DNA from: Patescibacteria group bacterium
Lineage (GTDB): Bacteria; Patescibacteriota; Minisyncoccia; Moranbacterales; UBA2206
Assembly: GCA_022711335.1 (NCBI GenBank)
Contig: JAKLFF010000002.1
Coordinates: 82,988 to 146,987 of the forward strand
Direction of reading: 5' to 3'
DNA: 64,000 bases
This document shows positions 55,469-63,584 of this stretch, piece by piece. A program made the translations under genes and the position numbers. The number at the start of each line of letters is the position of its first letter. The stretch's first letter is position 1. The notes under the pieces were generated by a model. It saw nothing but the letters and a program-made list of their open reading frames with translations. It was not told the DNA's origin and made no database searches.

Positions 55469-55724
55469 GGCTTATTGCTCCAATATTTATGGGTTATGGG
55501 TTAACCGAAAAAATTCTATTGTCAAAAAGCTAGACCCATACTATCACCTCAGAAACAAATAAATCAAGTCGAGCATCGCTTGACTTTCTTTCCAAACTTA
55601 TTGTATACTATCCTTAACCTAGAAAGTCCCATGATTTCTCGCTTTGATATCATATCGAAGATAAGAAATCAGATTCCGCTAAAAGGGCTTTCTTTGGCGG
55701 ATTTATTAATTTATAAGAAAATTT

Positions 55725-56192
55725 ATGAAATACGAAATTTTTTATCTGATCGGCGGCACGCGAGAAGCTGACGCGGAAAAAATAAGGAAAGAAGTTTCTG
55801 AAATAATCGCCGGAGCAGGAGGAGTTTTTGAAGAAAAGGAAACTTTAGAAAAAAGAAAGCTTTCCTACAAGATCAAGCACGAGACTCACGGCATCTATAT
55901 CGCCCAAAGGTTTGAGCTGGAAGATAATCAAAAGATTGGCGACATAGTGGGAAAGATGAATCTTAATCATGAAGTTTTACGATTCATCTTAAGCCGGGCT
56001 TCGGAACTTCCGCCCCTCAAGTCGAAAGAAGAAAGGATAGCCGATCAGGAAAAAAGATCAGCTCCGGCTGAAAGAAAAAAGGAAGAAAAAAAACCGATTG
56101 TCCCTGAGGTGAAAAAACCGATAGAGCAAAAATCTGCAGATGTAAATAAGGAAGACATTGACAAAAAATTGGAAGAAATACTTAACATATAA
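55725..56192 (+). CDS. rpsF: 30S ribosomal protein S6 with a K/E-rich C-terminal extension
   Basis: MKYEIFYLIGGTREADAEKIRKEVSEII...GIYIAQRFELEDN is the S6 fold. Confidence 0.85.
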   Translation: MKYEIFYLIGGTREADAEKIRKEVSEIIAGAGGVFEEKETLEKRKLSYKIKHETHGIYIAQRFELEDNQKIGDIVGKMNLNHEVLRFILSRASELPPLKSKEERIADQEKRSAPAERKKEEKKPIVPEVKKPIEQKSADVNKEDIDKKLEEILNI

Positions 56193-56261
56193 CATATAAC
56201 ATGCAACATAAGCAGAAATATTTTGCTCCATGTTCCATGTTTCATGTTTCATGAATTTATG
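56193..56261 (+). promoter_or_regulatory. Triplicated intergenic leader motif, copy 1 (rpsF-ssb spacer)
   Basis: catataacatgcaacata...ttccatgtttcatgtttcatgaattt, then ATG. Confidence 0.5.
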
Positions 56262-56741
56262 AATGTCAACAAAGTCCTCCTGGTGGGCCGCCTCACTCGG
56301 GATCCCGAAATAAGAAACACAGCCACCGGACAAACAGTTGCCTCGATTTCTCTGGCTACCGGATATACCTGGAAAGACAAAAATGGCCAGAAACAGGAAA
56401 AGACAGAATTCCACAATATCGTCCTCTGGGGACGCTTAGCTGAAATAGCGGGACAATACCTCATTAAAGGCCAAGAGGCTTATTTTGAAGGCAGGCTTCA
56501 GACCCGAAAATATACTGACAAAAGCGGCGCAGATCGATATCGAACAGAAATAATCGCTGAAAATATGCAGCTTGGTTCCAAACCAAGAAGTGCTTACGAA
56601 TCGGGGGCGTCATCCGGGTATAGCCAGTCCGCTCCACAATCCCGCCCTGCCGCTCCAAAAACAGAAATGCCGGCTGAAGAAATACCTACCATAAATTTAG
56701 ACGAGGAAGAAGAAGTAAAAATTGAAGACGTGCCGTTTTAA
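56262..56741 (+). CDS. ssb: Single-stranded DNA-binding protein
   Basis: MNVNKVLLVGRLTRDPEIRNTATGQTVASISLA... is the OB fold. There is a Gly/Ser-rich tail and a C-terminal acidic ...EEEVKIEDVPF tip. Confidence 0.9.
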   Translation, partial: NVNKVLLVGRLTRDPEIRNTATGQTVASISLATGYTWKDKNGQKQEKTEFHNIVLWGRLAEIAGQYLIKGQEAYFEGRLQTRKYTDKSGADRYRTEIIAENMQLGSKPRSAYESGASSGYSQSAPQSRPAAPKTEMPAEEIPTINLDEEEEVKIEDVPF

Positions 56742-56815
56742 CCATATAACACATAACATAGAACATATAACAAAAGCTTTGAAAAAAATTGTTCCATGTT
56801 TCATGTTTCATGACA
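56742..56815 (+). promoter_or_regulatory. Triplicated intergenic leader motif, copy 2 (ssb-rpsR spacer)
   Basis: catataacacataacatagaacatataaca...ttgttccatgtttcatgtttcatgacaATG. Confidence 0.5.
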
Positions 56816-57037
56816 ATGAATGAAATTCAACAAGAAAAAAAAGAGTGCTATTTCTGCCAGAACAAAATCAGCAAGATTGATTTTAAGGACGCTTATCTTT
56901 TGCGGCGCTTTATGAATTCCCAGGGGAAGATTTATCCTCCAAAGCGCCATGGCACCTGCGCTAAACATCAGCGAATTTTGGCCAATGCAATCAAAAAAGC
57001 TCGCGTTATGGCCCTTGTGCCTTTCGTAGCCAGATAA
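56816..57037 (+). CDS. rpsR: 30S ribosomal protein S18
   Basis: MNEIQQEKKECYFCQNKISKIDFKDAYLLRRFMNSQGKIYPPKRHGTCAKHQRILANAIKKARVMALVPF. Confidence 0.85.
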   Translation: MNEIQQEKKECYFCQNKISKIDFKDAYLLRRFMNSQGKIYPPKRHGTCAKHQRILANAIKKARVMALVPFVAR

Positions 57038-57114
57038 GATCATACAACACATAACATAAAACATATAACAAATATGTTTTTGTTATTATTAAATTGTTAT
57101 ATATTCCATGTTTT
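57038..57114 (+). promoter_or_regulatory. Triplicated intergenic leader motif, copy 3 (rpsR-efp spacer)
   Basis: catacaacacataacataaaacatataaca...tattccatgttttATG. Confidence 0.45.
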
Positions 57115-57669
57115 ATGAATTTAAACGAAATTAAAGCCGGAAAAAACATAATTCTTGATAGCCTGCCTTTTACTGTTTTATACCATGAACATTCAAAAAC
57201 TGGCCGAGCTGGATCGGTTTTGAGGACGCGCCTCAAAAACCTTGTGACTGGCGCTATCCTGGAAAAAACTTTTCAGGGATCAGACCAAGTCGCAGAAGCC
57301 GATATCCAAAAATCTAAAGCGCAATATATATACAAAGAAGAAAAAAATTATTATTTCATGGACACTGGGAGCTACGAACAGTTTTCTCTTTCTGAAGAAG
57401 CATTGGGAAATGCCGTAAAATATATAAAAGAAGAAATAGAGGTTACCCTTCTTAATTTCAACGGCGAACCGATTAATATCGAGCTCCCAATCAAAATAAA
57501 ACTGAAAGTAACCCAGTCGCCTCCCGGAATAAAAGGCAATACTGTCTCAACTGGAGGAAAGGTGGTAACACTCGAAACCGGACTTCAAGTATCCACCCCT
57601 CTTTTTATCAAAGTCGGAGATGAAATCATAATAAACACCGAAAAAGGAGAATACGTTTCAAGAGCTTAG
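57115..57669 (+). CDS. efp: Elongation factor P
   Basis: MNLNEIKAGKNIILDSLPFTVLYHEHSKTGRAGSVLRTRLKNLVTG has the EF-P KOW-like N-terminal domain with conserved Lys in the loop, plus OB domains. Confidence 0.9.
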   Translation: MNLNEIKAGKNIILDSLPFTVLYHEHSKTGRAGSVLRTRLKNLVTGAILEKTFQGSDQVAEADIQKSKAQYIYKEEKNYYFMDTGSYEQFSLSEEALGNAVKYIKEEIEVTLLNFNGEPINIELPIKIKLKVTQSPPGIKGNTVSTGGKVVTLETGLQVSTPLFIKVGDEIIINTEKGEYVSRA

Positions 57670-57687
57670 CCGGACAGTGCAAAAAAA

Positions 57688-57717
57688 CAAAAACCTTTTT
57701 CTCCAAAAGGTTTTTTT
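57688..57717 (+). terminator. Rho-independent terminator after efp
   Basis: aaaccttttt-ctcc-aaaaggttt followed by ttttt. Confidence 0.6.
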
Positions 57718-57762
57718 AATTCAAATTTGTGTTTAGATAAAAATAAATGCTAAACTTAAGCT

Positions 57763-58209
57763 ATGACAGCCCTAACCATCAACAAACGAGCCCATTTTGA
57801 CTATGAGATCAAAGAGACTTTTGAAGCCGGTTTGGCGCTCAAGGGCTACGAGGTAAAATCTATAAAAACCGGGCATATCAGCCTCAAGGAAAGCTTTGTC
57901 ACCATTAAGGGGAACGAATTGTATCTGACTAATGCCCATATTCCGCTTTATAAGCAAGCTGGGATAGTGTCCAATTATGATCCAGCCGCGCCAAGAAAAC
58001 TGCTTGTTAAAAAATCAGAGATAAGGCAGCTTATCGGGAAAGTAAGAATCCAAGGCTTGACATTAGTGCCGATTAAATTGTATACTAAAAGACGCTTTAT
58101 AAAGCTCAGTTTCGGCCTCGGAAAGGGAAAAAAAGAATATGACAAGCGGGAGAATATCCGGAAAAAAGACGCCAGAAGGAAAATAGATAGGGCACTGAAA
58201 AATTTCTAA
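57763..58209 (+). CDS. smpB: SsrA-binding protein SmpB
   Basis: INKRAHFDYEIKETFEAGLALKGYEVKSIK...LYLTNAHIPLYKQ and the basic C-terminal tail. Confidence 0.9.
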   Translation: MTALTINKRAHFDYEIKETFEAGLALKGYEVKSIKTGHISLKESFVTIKGNELYLTNAHIPLYKQAGIVSNYDPAAPRKLLVKKSEIRQLIGKVRIQGLTLVPIKLYTKRRFIKLSFGLGKGKKEYDKRENIRKKDARRKIDRALKNF

Positions 58210-58329
58210 TTAATGGCCAATGTAAAAATGACCACCTGAAATATTCTATGATTATTTGGTCATTAAAAAATTGGAAATTGTTTAGAAATTAGAAATTAAA
58301 AATTAGAAATTCTCGCCGAAGGCGAGTTT

Positions 58330-58810
58330 GGGGATGTTTTGGTTTCGACAGGTTGTACATTTAAAATAGGCAAGCCGAGCTCGATAGCGCCTCGTTAAAC
58401 CGCTGTCAAAATTACAAGTGCAAACTTCGTAACAAAAGCAAAGAATGCGATTGCGCAAGCTTTCAGCACCAACTTTGCCTACGCTTTAGCCTAATTTTTT
58501 AGGCTTTAGCCATCGAACCGCTGATTTCTAATAAGCGAACTTCGGTGCCAACTATTAGAATAGCGCGTATTGCATTTCCTTGGCAATATGCGTAAAATTT
58601 ACCCCCCACCACTTATTGCTAATTATAAAATAGGAATCTATAATAATAACAAAATAACGGCGGGTTATAAGTGGTGGGGGGTGAACATAGGAATAAATCA
58701 AAGTAATTTTTCTTATTTCTATCTTTGATCGAAAACAATAAATAAGATAAGCTTGTAGATTGTTTTGAATGAATAATTTTGGACGCGAGTTCGATTCTCG
58801 CCATCTCCAC
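58330..58810 (+). ncRNA. ssrA: tmRNA (ssrA), encoded directly downstream of smpB
   Basis: The 5' end GGGGATGTTTTGGTTTCGACAGG pairs with the 3' end GGACGCGAGTTCGATTCTCGCCATCTCCACC to form a tRNA-like acceptor and T-arm. The internal tag frame GCAAACTTCGTAACAAAAGCAAAGAATGCGATTGCGCAAGCTTTCAGCACCAACTTTGCCTACGCTTTAGCCTAA encodes ...NFAYALA and a stop. Pseudoknot-like ccccccaccac / gtggtggggg pairing is present. Confidence 0.7.
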
Positions 58811-58811
58811 C

Positions 58812-58906
58812 GCGTAAAATGAAATTTTTTTGAAAAAAATTTCATCACGCGGTAGGCACGTGGTGAAAAAAATTTAAAGATTTTTTTCACTTTACGTGCC
58901 ACCGTA
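58812..58906 (+). terminator. Two consecutive hairpins after tmRNA
   Basis: cgcgtaaaatgaaattttttt / gaaaaaaatttcatcacgcg, and ggcacgtggtgaaaaaaa...tttttttcactttacgtgcc. Confidence 0.45.
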
Positions 58907-58960
58907 CAAATAAATATTAAGTTAAAAACTATCAGACGAGCATTTTTTAAAAAACCTTTT

Positions 58961-59473
58961 ATTAGAAAAGGTCCAAAAACAAGGATAAACGAACAGATTT
59001 GGGCGCGCGAAATAAGAGTCATCGATGAAGACGGGTCGCAGCTGGGAATTATGCCTCCTTTCAAAGCGCTTGAGATAGCCAGAGGAAAAATGCTGGATCT
59101 TGTTGAAATAGCTCCTAAAGCTGTTCCGCCTGTTTGCAGGATAATGGATCATGGCAAATATCAATATCAAAAATCGCGAGAAGAAAGGCAAAATAAAGCT
59201 AAACAAAAAAAAGTTGATATAAAAGGGATTAGGATCGGAGTCAGAACGGACGAGCATGATTTAGATTTCAAAAAAAATCAGGCCGATAAATTTCTTAAAA
59301 AGGGCCACAAAGTAAAGCTTGAAATAGTTATGCGCGGACGCGAAAAGGCCCACCAGGATCTGGCAAGAAAAAATTTGATTGATTTTATTAAAACGATCTC
59401 TGTTCCTTATAAATTGGAGCAGGAGATAAAGAGATATCCGGGAGGTTTTAATGTAATTATTGCACCTAACTAG
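58961..59473 (+). CDS. infC: Translation initiation factor IF-3, probably with a non-ATG (ATT) start
   Basis: ...INEQIWAREIRVIDEDGSQLGIM...VRIMDHGKYQYQ... is the IF3 N- and C-domains. There is no in-frame ATG upstream of the conserved N-terminus. ATT at 58961 is my proposed start, and infC is known to use AUU. Confidence 0.75.
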   Translation: MRKGPKTRINEQIWAREIRVIDEDGSQLGIMPPFKALEIARGKMLDLVEIAPKAVPPVCRIMDHGKYQYQKSREERQNKAKQKKVDIKGIRIGVRTDEHDLDFKKNQADKFLKKGHKVKLEIVMRGREKAHQDLARKNLIDFIKTISVPYKLEQEIKRYPGGFNVIIAPN

Positions 59474-59559
59474 TAAATATTTACGAATTTAGAAAGAATA
59501 GGCAATTATAAATATTCAAAACTTTATCCGTTCTTATTCGTAATAATTTGCAAATTCCT

Positions 59560-59757
59560 ATGCCGAAACTTAAAACTAAAAAAGCGCTGGTAAAAAAAAT
59601 AAAGATTACCAGGAAAAAAAAGGTAATCAGAAGATTCACCAACCAAAACCATTACAATTCCAAAGAGACTGGGAAAACTGGACGCAACAAAAAAAGAGAC
59701 AGGCGGCTTTTTAGGACTGACGAAAAGAACGTTTTGAAAGCCCTGCCATACTTATAA
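59560..59757 (+). CDS. rpmI: 50S ribosomal protein L35
   Basis: MPKLKTKKALVKKIKITRKKKVIRR... Confidence 0.85.
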   Translation: MPKLKTKKALVKKIKITRKKKVIRRFTNQNHYNSKETGKTGRNKKRDRRLFRTDEKNVLKALPYL

Positions 59758-59907
59758 ATAGTTAAAAATTCAAAATTAAAAGTTAAAAGTTTAGGTGTCG
59801 CTTCGCGACAGATTATATACAAAAAATAATCACGAGTCCCGCTAAGCGGGACAAGTACTAAAATTTTGCACTTTGCACTTTTAACTTTTAACTTGAGCGA
59901 AGCGAAT
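59758..59907 (+). promoter_or_regulatory. Structured rpmI-rplT intergenic region with several hairpins
   Basis: gtcgcttcgcgac, gtcccgctaagcgggac and aagttaaaagt...acttttaactt. Confidence 0.35.
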
Positions 59908-60252
59908 ATGACTAGAGTAAAACGCGGAGTTTCTGCATCAAAAAGAAGAAAAAATTTATTAAAAGACGCCAAAGGATACCGCTGGAAAAGGAAATCCCAC
60001 TATCGCGCCGCCAAACAAGCCGTGATAAAAGCCGGAAGTTATGCGCTTCGCGACAGGCGCGCTAAAAAAAGAACCTTTCGGGCGCTTTGGATAACCAGAC
60101 TCAATATCGCATGTCGAGAGATGGGACTCAAATATAGCCAGTTGATAAAAATTCTTTCTGACAAAAAAATTGTCCTTGATCGAAAGATACTTTCTCAAAT
60201 GGCTTTGGAAAATCCGACTATTTTCAAAAAATTCATTGAAAGCGTAAAATAG
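59908..60252 (+). CDS. rplT: 50S ribosomal protein L20
   Basis: MTRVKRGVSASKRRKNLLKDAKGYRWKRKSHYRAAKQAVIKAGSYALRDRRAKKRTFRALWITRLNIA... Confidence 0.9.
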   Translation: MTRVKRGVSASKRRKNLLKDAKGYRWKRKSHYRAAKQAVIKAGSYALRDRRAKKRTFRALWITRLNIACREMGLKYSQLIKILSDKKIVLDRKILSQMALENPTIFKKFIESVK

Positions 60253-60278
60253 CCGCTTGCAGGAGCCAGCCCACGTAA

Positions 60279-60307
60279 AAAAACTGCCAAAAAGGCAGTT
60301 TTTTTTG
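60279..60307. terminator. Bidirectional rho-independent terminator
   Basis: aaactgcc-aaaaa-ggcagttt followed by tttttt. Confidence 0.65.
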
Positions 60308-60327
60308 GATCACTTGTTTGAAATATC

Positions 60328-60516
60328 TTATTTTTTATCGAAAAACATCTCCCTTACCAGCCGCCGCAAAGCATAAAATGGCAGCCAAAGCCAAAGCGTT
60401 TTCTTGACCCACTTGTCGAGAAAAGCGTTGAGATTGGAACTCGCCAAATCATAAACCAAGTAAAGTATGAAAAAAAATAAAAATATTGACACTCCCAAAA
60501 TAATATAACCAGCCAT
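60328..60516 (-). CDS. Small hypothetical membrane protein of 62 aa
   Basis: One TM helix and a basic C-terminus. No recognisable family. Confidence 0.3.
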   Translation of the reverse strand: MAGYIILGVSIFLFFFILYLVYDLASSNLNAFLDKWVKKTLWLWLPFYALRRLVREMFFDKK

Positions 60517-60549
60517 AGTTTTATTATCAAGCGATTAATTCAGCTATCT

Positions 60550-61242
60550 TTAACAATTTATTTCATAAATAACATCTTTTTTTTCCACGACAATCTTCCA
60601 TCCTCTCTCTTCGGCAATCTTTTTGAGATTAAGATTGGGATTGAATGCGATTGGATTTTCAACTATTTCTAAAAATTTAGCATCTGATTCCGTATCCCCG
60701 ACTCCGTATGATTCCGAAAGCGTCAGGTTATTTTCCACTACATACTGTTTGACAACATGGCCCTTGTGAAGCGTCGGCTCAAAAACCGCTTTTCCAGTAT
60801 AAATTCCATGATCGTCAATTTCATAAACCGAACCAAAAGCAGCATTAAACCCGAGGTATTTGTTATACTCTTGAACAATTTCCGAAGGTGAGCCAGAAAC
60901 GGCGACTATATGATATCCTTCTTTTTTAAGCTTACTTACAAGTTCGCTGGTGAAAATATAGGATCTGTTTTTATAAAACGGAACTACTTCTTTGCTAGCT
61001 TCTAAAATTTGCTCTTTTTTGCATCCTTTTATATTTTCCGCATAAAGCGCCACCAAAGCTTTTCTGTATTCTTCGTAAGTCCCCTCATGATTAAGCCACT
61101 TAGTATAAAGCGAAACTAAGGTATTTCTTACTTCTTTTTTAAATATTCTCATCCACGCCAACTCGTCAATCAGCTCAAAAGCCAAATTTTTACGAAATAT
61201 CGTTCCGTCTATGTCAAAGACGGCAATTTTTTGTTGCTGCAT
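60550..61242 (-). CDS. HAD-superfamily hydrolase (subfamily IB-like)
   Basis: Motif I reads IAVFDIDGTIF, with motif II/III-like regions downstream. Confidence 0.68.
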   Translation of the reverse strand: MQQQKIAVFDIDGTIFRKNLAFELIDELAWMRIFKKEVRNTLVSLYTKWLNHEGTYEEYRKALVALYAENIKGCKKEQILEASKEVVPFYKNRSYIFTSELVSKLKKEGYHIVAVSGSPSEIVQEYNKYLGFNAAFGSVYEIDDHGIYTGKAVFEPTLHKGHVVKQYVVENNLTLSESYGVGDTESDAKFLEIVENPIAFNPNLNLKKIAEERGWKIVVEKKDVIYEINC

Positions 61243-61258
61243 ATATCGATTGCGCAAA

Positions 61259-61450
61259 TTAACCAACCTTTTCTTCTCTCATCTTGAGATACATTGCATA
61301 CATTCCCAGCACTATTCCAATGAGTATCAATTGGGTTCCGGCTAGTCCGAAGAGGCCGTTTTTTACATCCATAACATTAACATATCCCGCAGCTAAAACT
61401 GTAACGACCGACAACCCCGCCAAAATATCAGGTATTTTTTTCATATCCAT
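61259..61450 (-). CDS. Small hypothetical membrane protein of 63 aa
   Basis: Two predicted TM helices. It overlaps the start of the HAD gene by 8 nt. Confidence 0.3.
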   Translation of the reverse strand: MDMKKIPDILAGLSVVTVLAAGYVNVMDVKNGLFGLAGTQLILIGIVLGMYAMYLKMREEKVG

Positions 61451-61506
61451 AATATCACCTTCTTTCTAGTTTCTATTTTTTATTTCGATATTTCTATTAT
61501 ATCATA

Positions 61507-62301
61507 TTATTCCAGAACTATCATAGCTTTTCTGCCTTTTTCAATATTTTCCGGTTTTCCCGGAAAATCATGAATAGCGCCATATAGAATATTCATATCG
61601 TATTTATATCCTTCGCCTTTTCGCGTTCCAGGATCATTGGCGATTATAATATTGCCGTCATATCCGACCAAAACCAGGTTATGATAAAGGGGCCCGGGCG
61701 GAGTAAAATTGGGATTGCCCAATTTTCTTCCAGCCGCTGGAACAACAATCGGTTTTCCCTTGGCCAGATATTTTTTAATGTCATCCGGTTTGAAATCATA
61801 AACTACTTTGAGATTTTTTATCCCGTAATAATCTTCGGCCAGCCGGGCAGTTTCTTCGGCGTCAGTATCTTTGTAATCCCCGTATTTTTTTATTTCAAAT
61901 TTTATCATATCCTGAATTTCTTTTTCTGCAATATCTTTGTTTAATATTTTTTTGTCTAAATAATATTTAACCATAATAAGCGACGCCTCTTCGCAGGCTT
62001 CCTCGTGATATTCGTCCCATTTAGAAAAAGGGGCTTGCGAGGTAAAGGGAACTTTAATGAATATTTTATCCGGAGTTTTTTCTTTTTTCGGTTCTTTTAT
62101 TTTTTCTTCATTGCTGGCTTGAGAAATATTAATTTCTTCTTTTGGAGTCGCGCTATTTTGGTTATCAGCAATTTCTTGATTTTTTACTTCTATTTTTATC
62201 GGAGTCGTTTTGTTTTTATAGCAGGCAAAGCAAAAAACAAGACCTGCTAAGGTCGCAATTATGATATAAATTAATTTTCTGCTATTTAAAAATTTAATCA
62301 T
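61507..62301 (-). CDS. Peptidase C39-like domain protein with an N-terminal membrane anchor
   Basis: An N-terminal TM helix, then VPFTSQAPFSKWDEYHEEACEEASLIMV and ...YHNLVLVGYDGN..., which fit the C39-like/BtrH-like papain-fold family. Confidence 0.5.
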   Translation of the reverse strand: MIKFLNSRKLIYIIIATLAGLVFCFACYKNKTTPIKIEVKNQEIADNQNSATPKEEINISQASNEEKIKEPKKEKTPDKIFIKVPFTSQAPFSKWDEYHEEACEEASLIMVKYYLDKKILNKDIAEKEIQDMIKFEIKKYGDYKDTDAEETARLAEDYYGIKNLKVVYDFKPDDIKKYLAKGKPIVVPAAGRKLGNPNFTPPGPLYHNLVLVGYDGNIIIANDPGTRKGEGYKYDMNILYGAIHDFPGKPENIEKGRKAMIVLE

Positions 62302-62397
62302 TAAAAATTGGAAATTTAAAAATTTAAAATTTGAGCAGTTAATGGTTGTTACATAAATTCACCAAAGAATCGAGGCTCGCATTTATAAAATTATACT

Positions 62398-63561
62398 TTA
62401 ATAAATGACAACAGGCGTTCCGATTTCCGCCCATTCATAAGTAATTTTAGCCGAACCTACCCCCAGCCGCACGCATCCGTGAGACACAGGTGTTCCCAAA
62501 TGAGCAGCACCTTCTTTGTAGCCTCCCGGCCATTCCGGAAGCTCATGAATTCCATGCCCCTGTCCGGTAAAAAGCATAAACCAAGGCATATAAAGAGCGT
62601 ATTTTTTTGACCAGGGACGGGTTCTTTTTTCTAAAATCTTAAATGTTCCCTTGGGAGTATCCATCCCTCTCTTGCCAGTGGAAATTAGATAGGAATCCAG
62701 GATCTTTCCATCTTGAAAAGTTGAAAGGATCTGCTGGGATAAATTAATATCGATATATTTTCCGCTGGCAATCTGCGCCGGCGTGAATTTTCTGGCTTGT
62801 TCAATCCGAGCGGTGAAATCTCTTTCCCAAGTTTTTGGTGGAGGCGCTTTTGTCCTGAAGCTGCTGGAGATAATTTCTTTTTTATTTTTTGCACTGTCGT
62901 TTTTATATCTGATGTAAACTTTGAGGCTATAAGCAGTGCCTTCCTCGAGTTTTTCCCCTGGAAGCAGCTTGAACTCAGTCTTTTTATCGTTGCTTTGGTA
63001 AGTCAGATCAGTTTTGGGTTCCAGTGAAAAATCAACTAAGAAATCCTGGGTTGATTTATCAAAAATGATGACTATCGGATCTTCAATCTCCACCATTACG
63101 TCTTTTGCTCCGTCAGCAGGCAATACGCTTTTAACTTTTGGAAATTTGGCTGTAGCAAATTCAAGTTTTTCAGAATTTACCGCAGCAAACATCTTATTTT
63201 TCCCTTCTGGAAGATATATTTCATATCGGCTTTCTGCTTTCCAGAAATTTTCCGGATAAATTAACAATCTGCGGTTCGAATTTTCCCACTTTAATATCGT
63301 TTTTTCCTCTTCGCCAAGATCTTTATTGACCACCCTTATTTTTGAATATCCGCCTTCAAAAACAGGATTGGAAAAAGTAATAACCAAGGGTTCTTCGGGA
63401 TTTATTTCTGCGGTTTTTTCGATAAAAATTCCCGTTTTAAAAACTTCCGGATAAGCCTGGATGCTGTAGGCCATGCCAAAAACCCCGCCAATGATTATAG
63501 CTAAAGTAAAAAATAAATGCTTGGGATGGTTTATATAATGGAGCCCGATATGACGCCTCAT
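62398..63561 (-). CDS. L,D-transpeptidase (YkuD domain) with an N-terminal anchor and Ig-like region
   Basis: The catalytic region is ...LYMPWFMLFTGQGHGIHELP...GTPVSHGCVRL. Confidence 0.75.
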   Translation of the reverse strand: MRRHIGLHYINHPKHLFFTLAIIIGGVFGMAYSIQAYPEVFKTGIFIEKTAEINPEEPLVITFSNPVFEGGYSKIRVVNKDLGEEEKTILKWENSNRRLLIYPENFWKAESRYEIYLPEGKNKMFAAVNSEKLEFATAKFPKVKSVLPADGAKDVMVEIEDPIVIIFDKSTQDFLVDFSLEPKTDLTYQSNDKKTEFKLLPGEKLEEGTAYSLKVYIRYKNDSAKNKKEIISSSFRTKAPPPKTWERDFTARIEQARKFTPAQIASGKYIDINLSQQILSTFQDGKILDSYLISTGKRGMDTPKGTFKILEKRTRPWSKKYALYMPWFMLFTGQGHGIHELPEWPGGYKEGAAHLGTPVSHGCVRLGVGSAKITYEWAEIGTPVVIY

Positions 63562-63584
63562 AAATTTAAAAATTAGAAAATAAA

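Noticed and set aside
58555-59257. Minus-strand ORFs of 169, 63 and 111 aa
   Set aside because: They overlap the tmRNA gene and the infC start region and are low-complexity.
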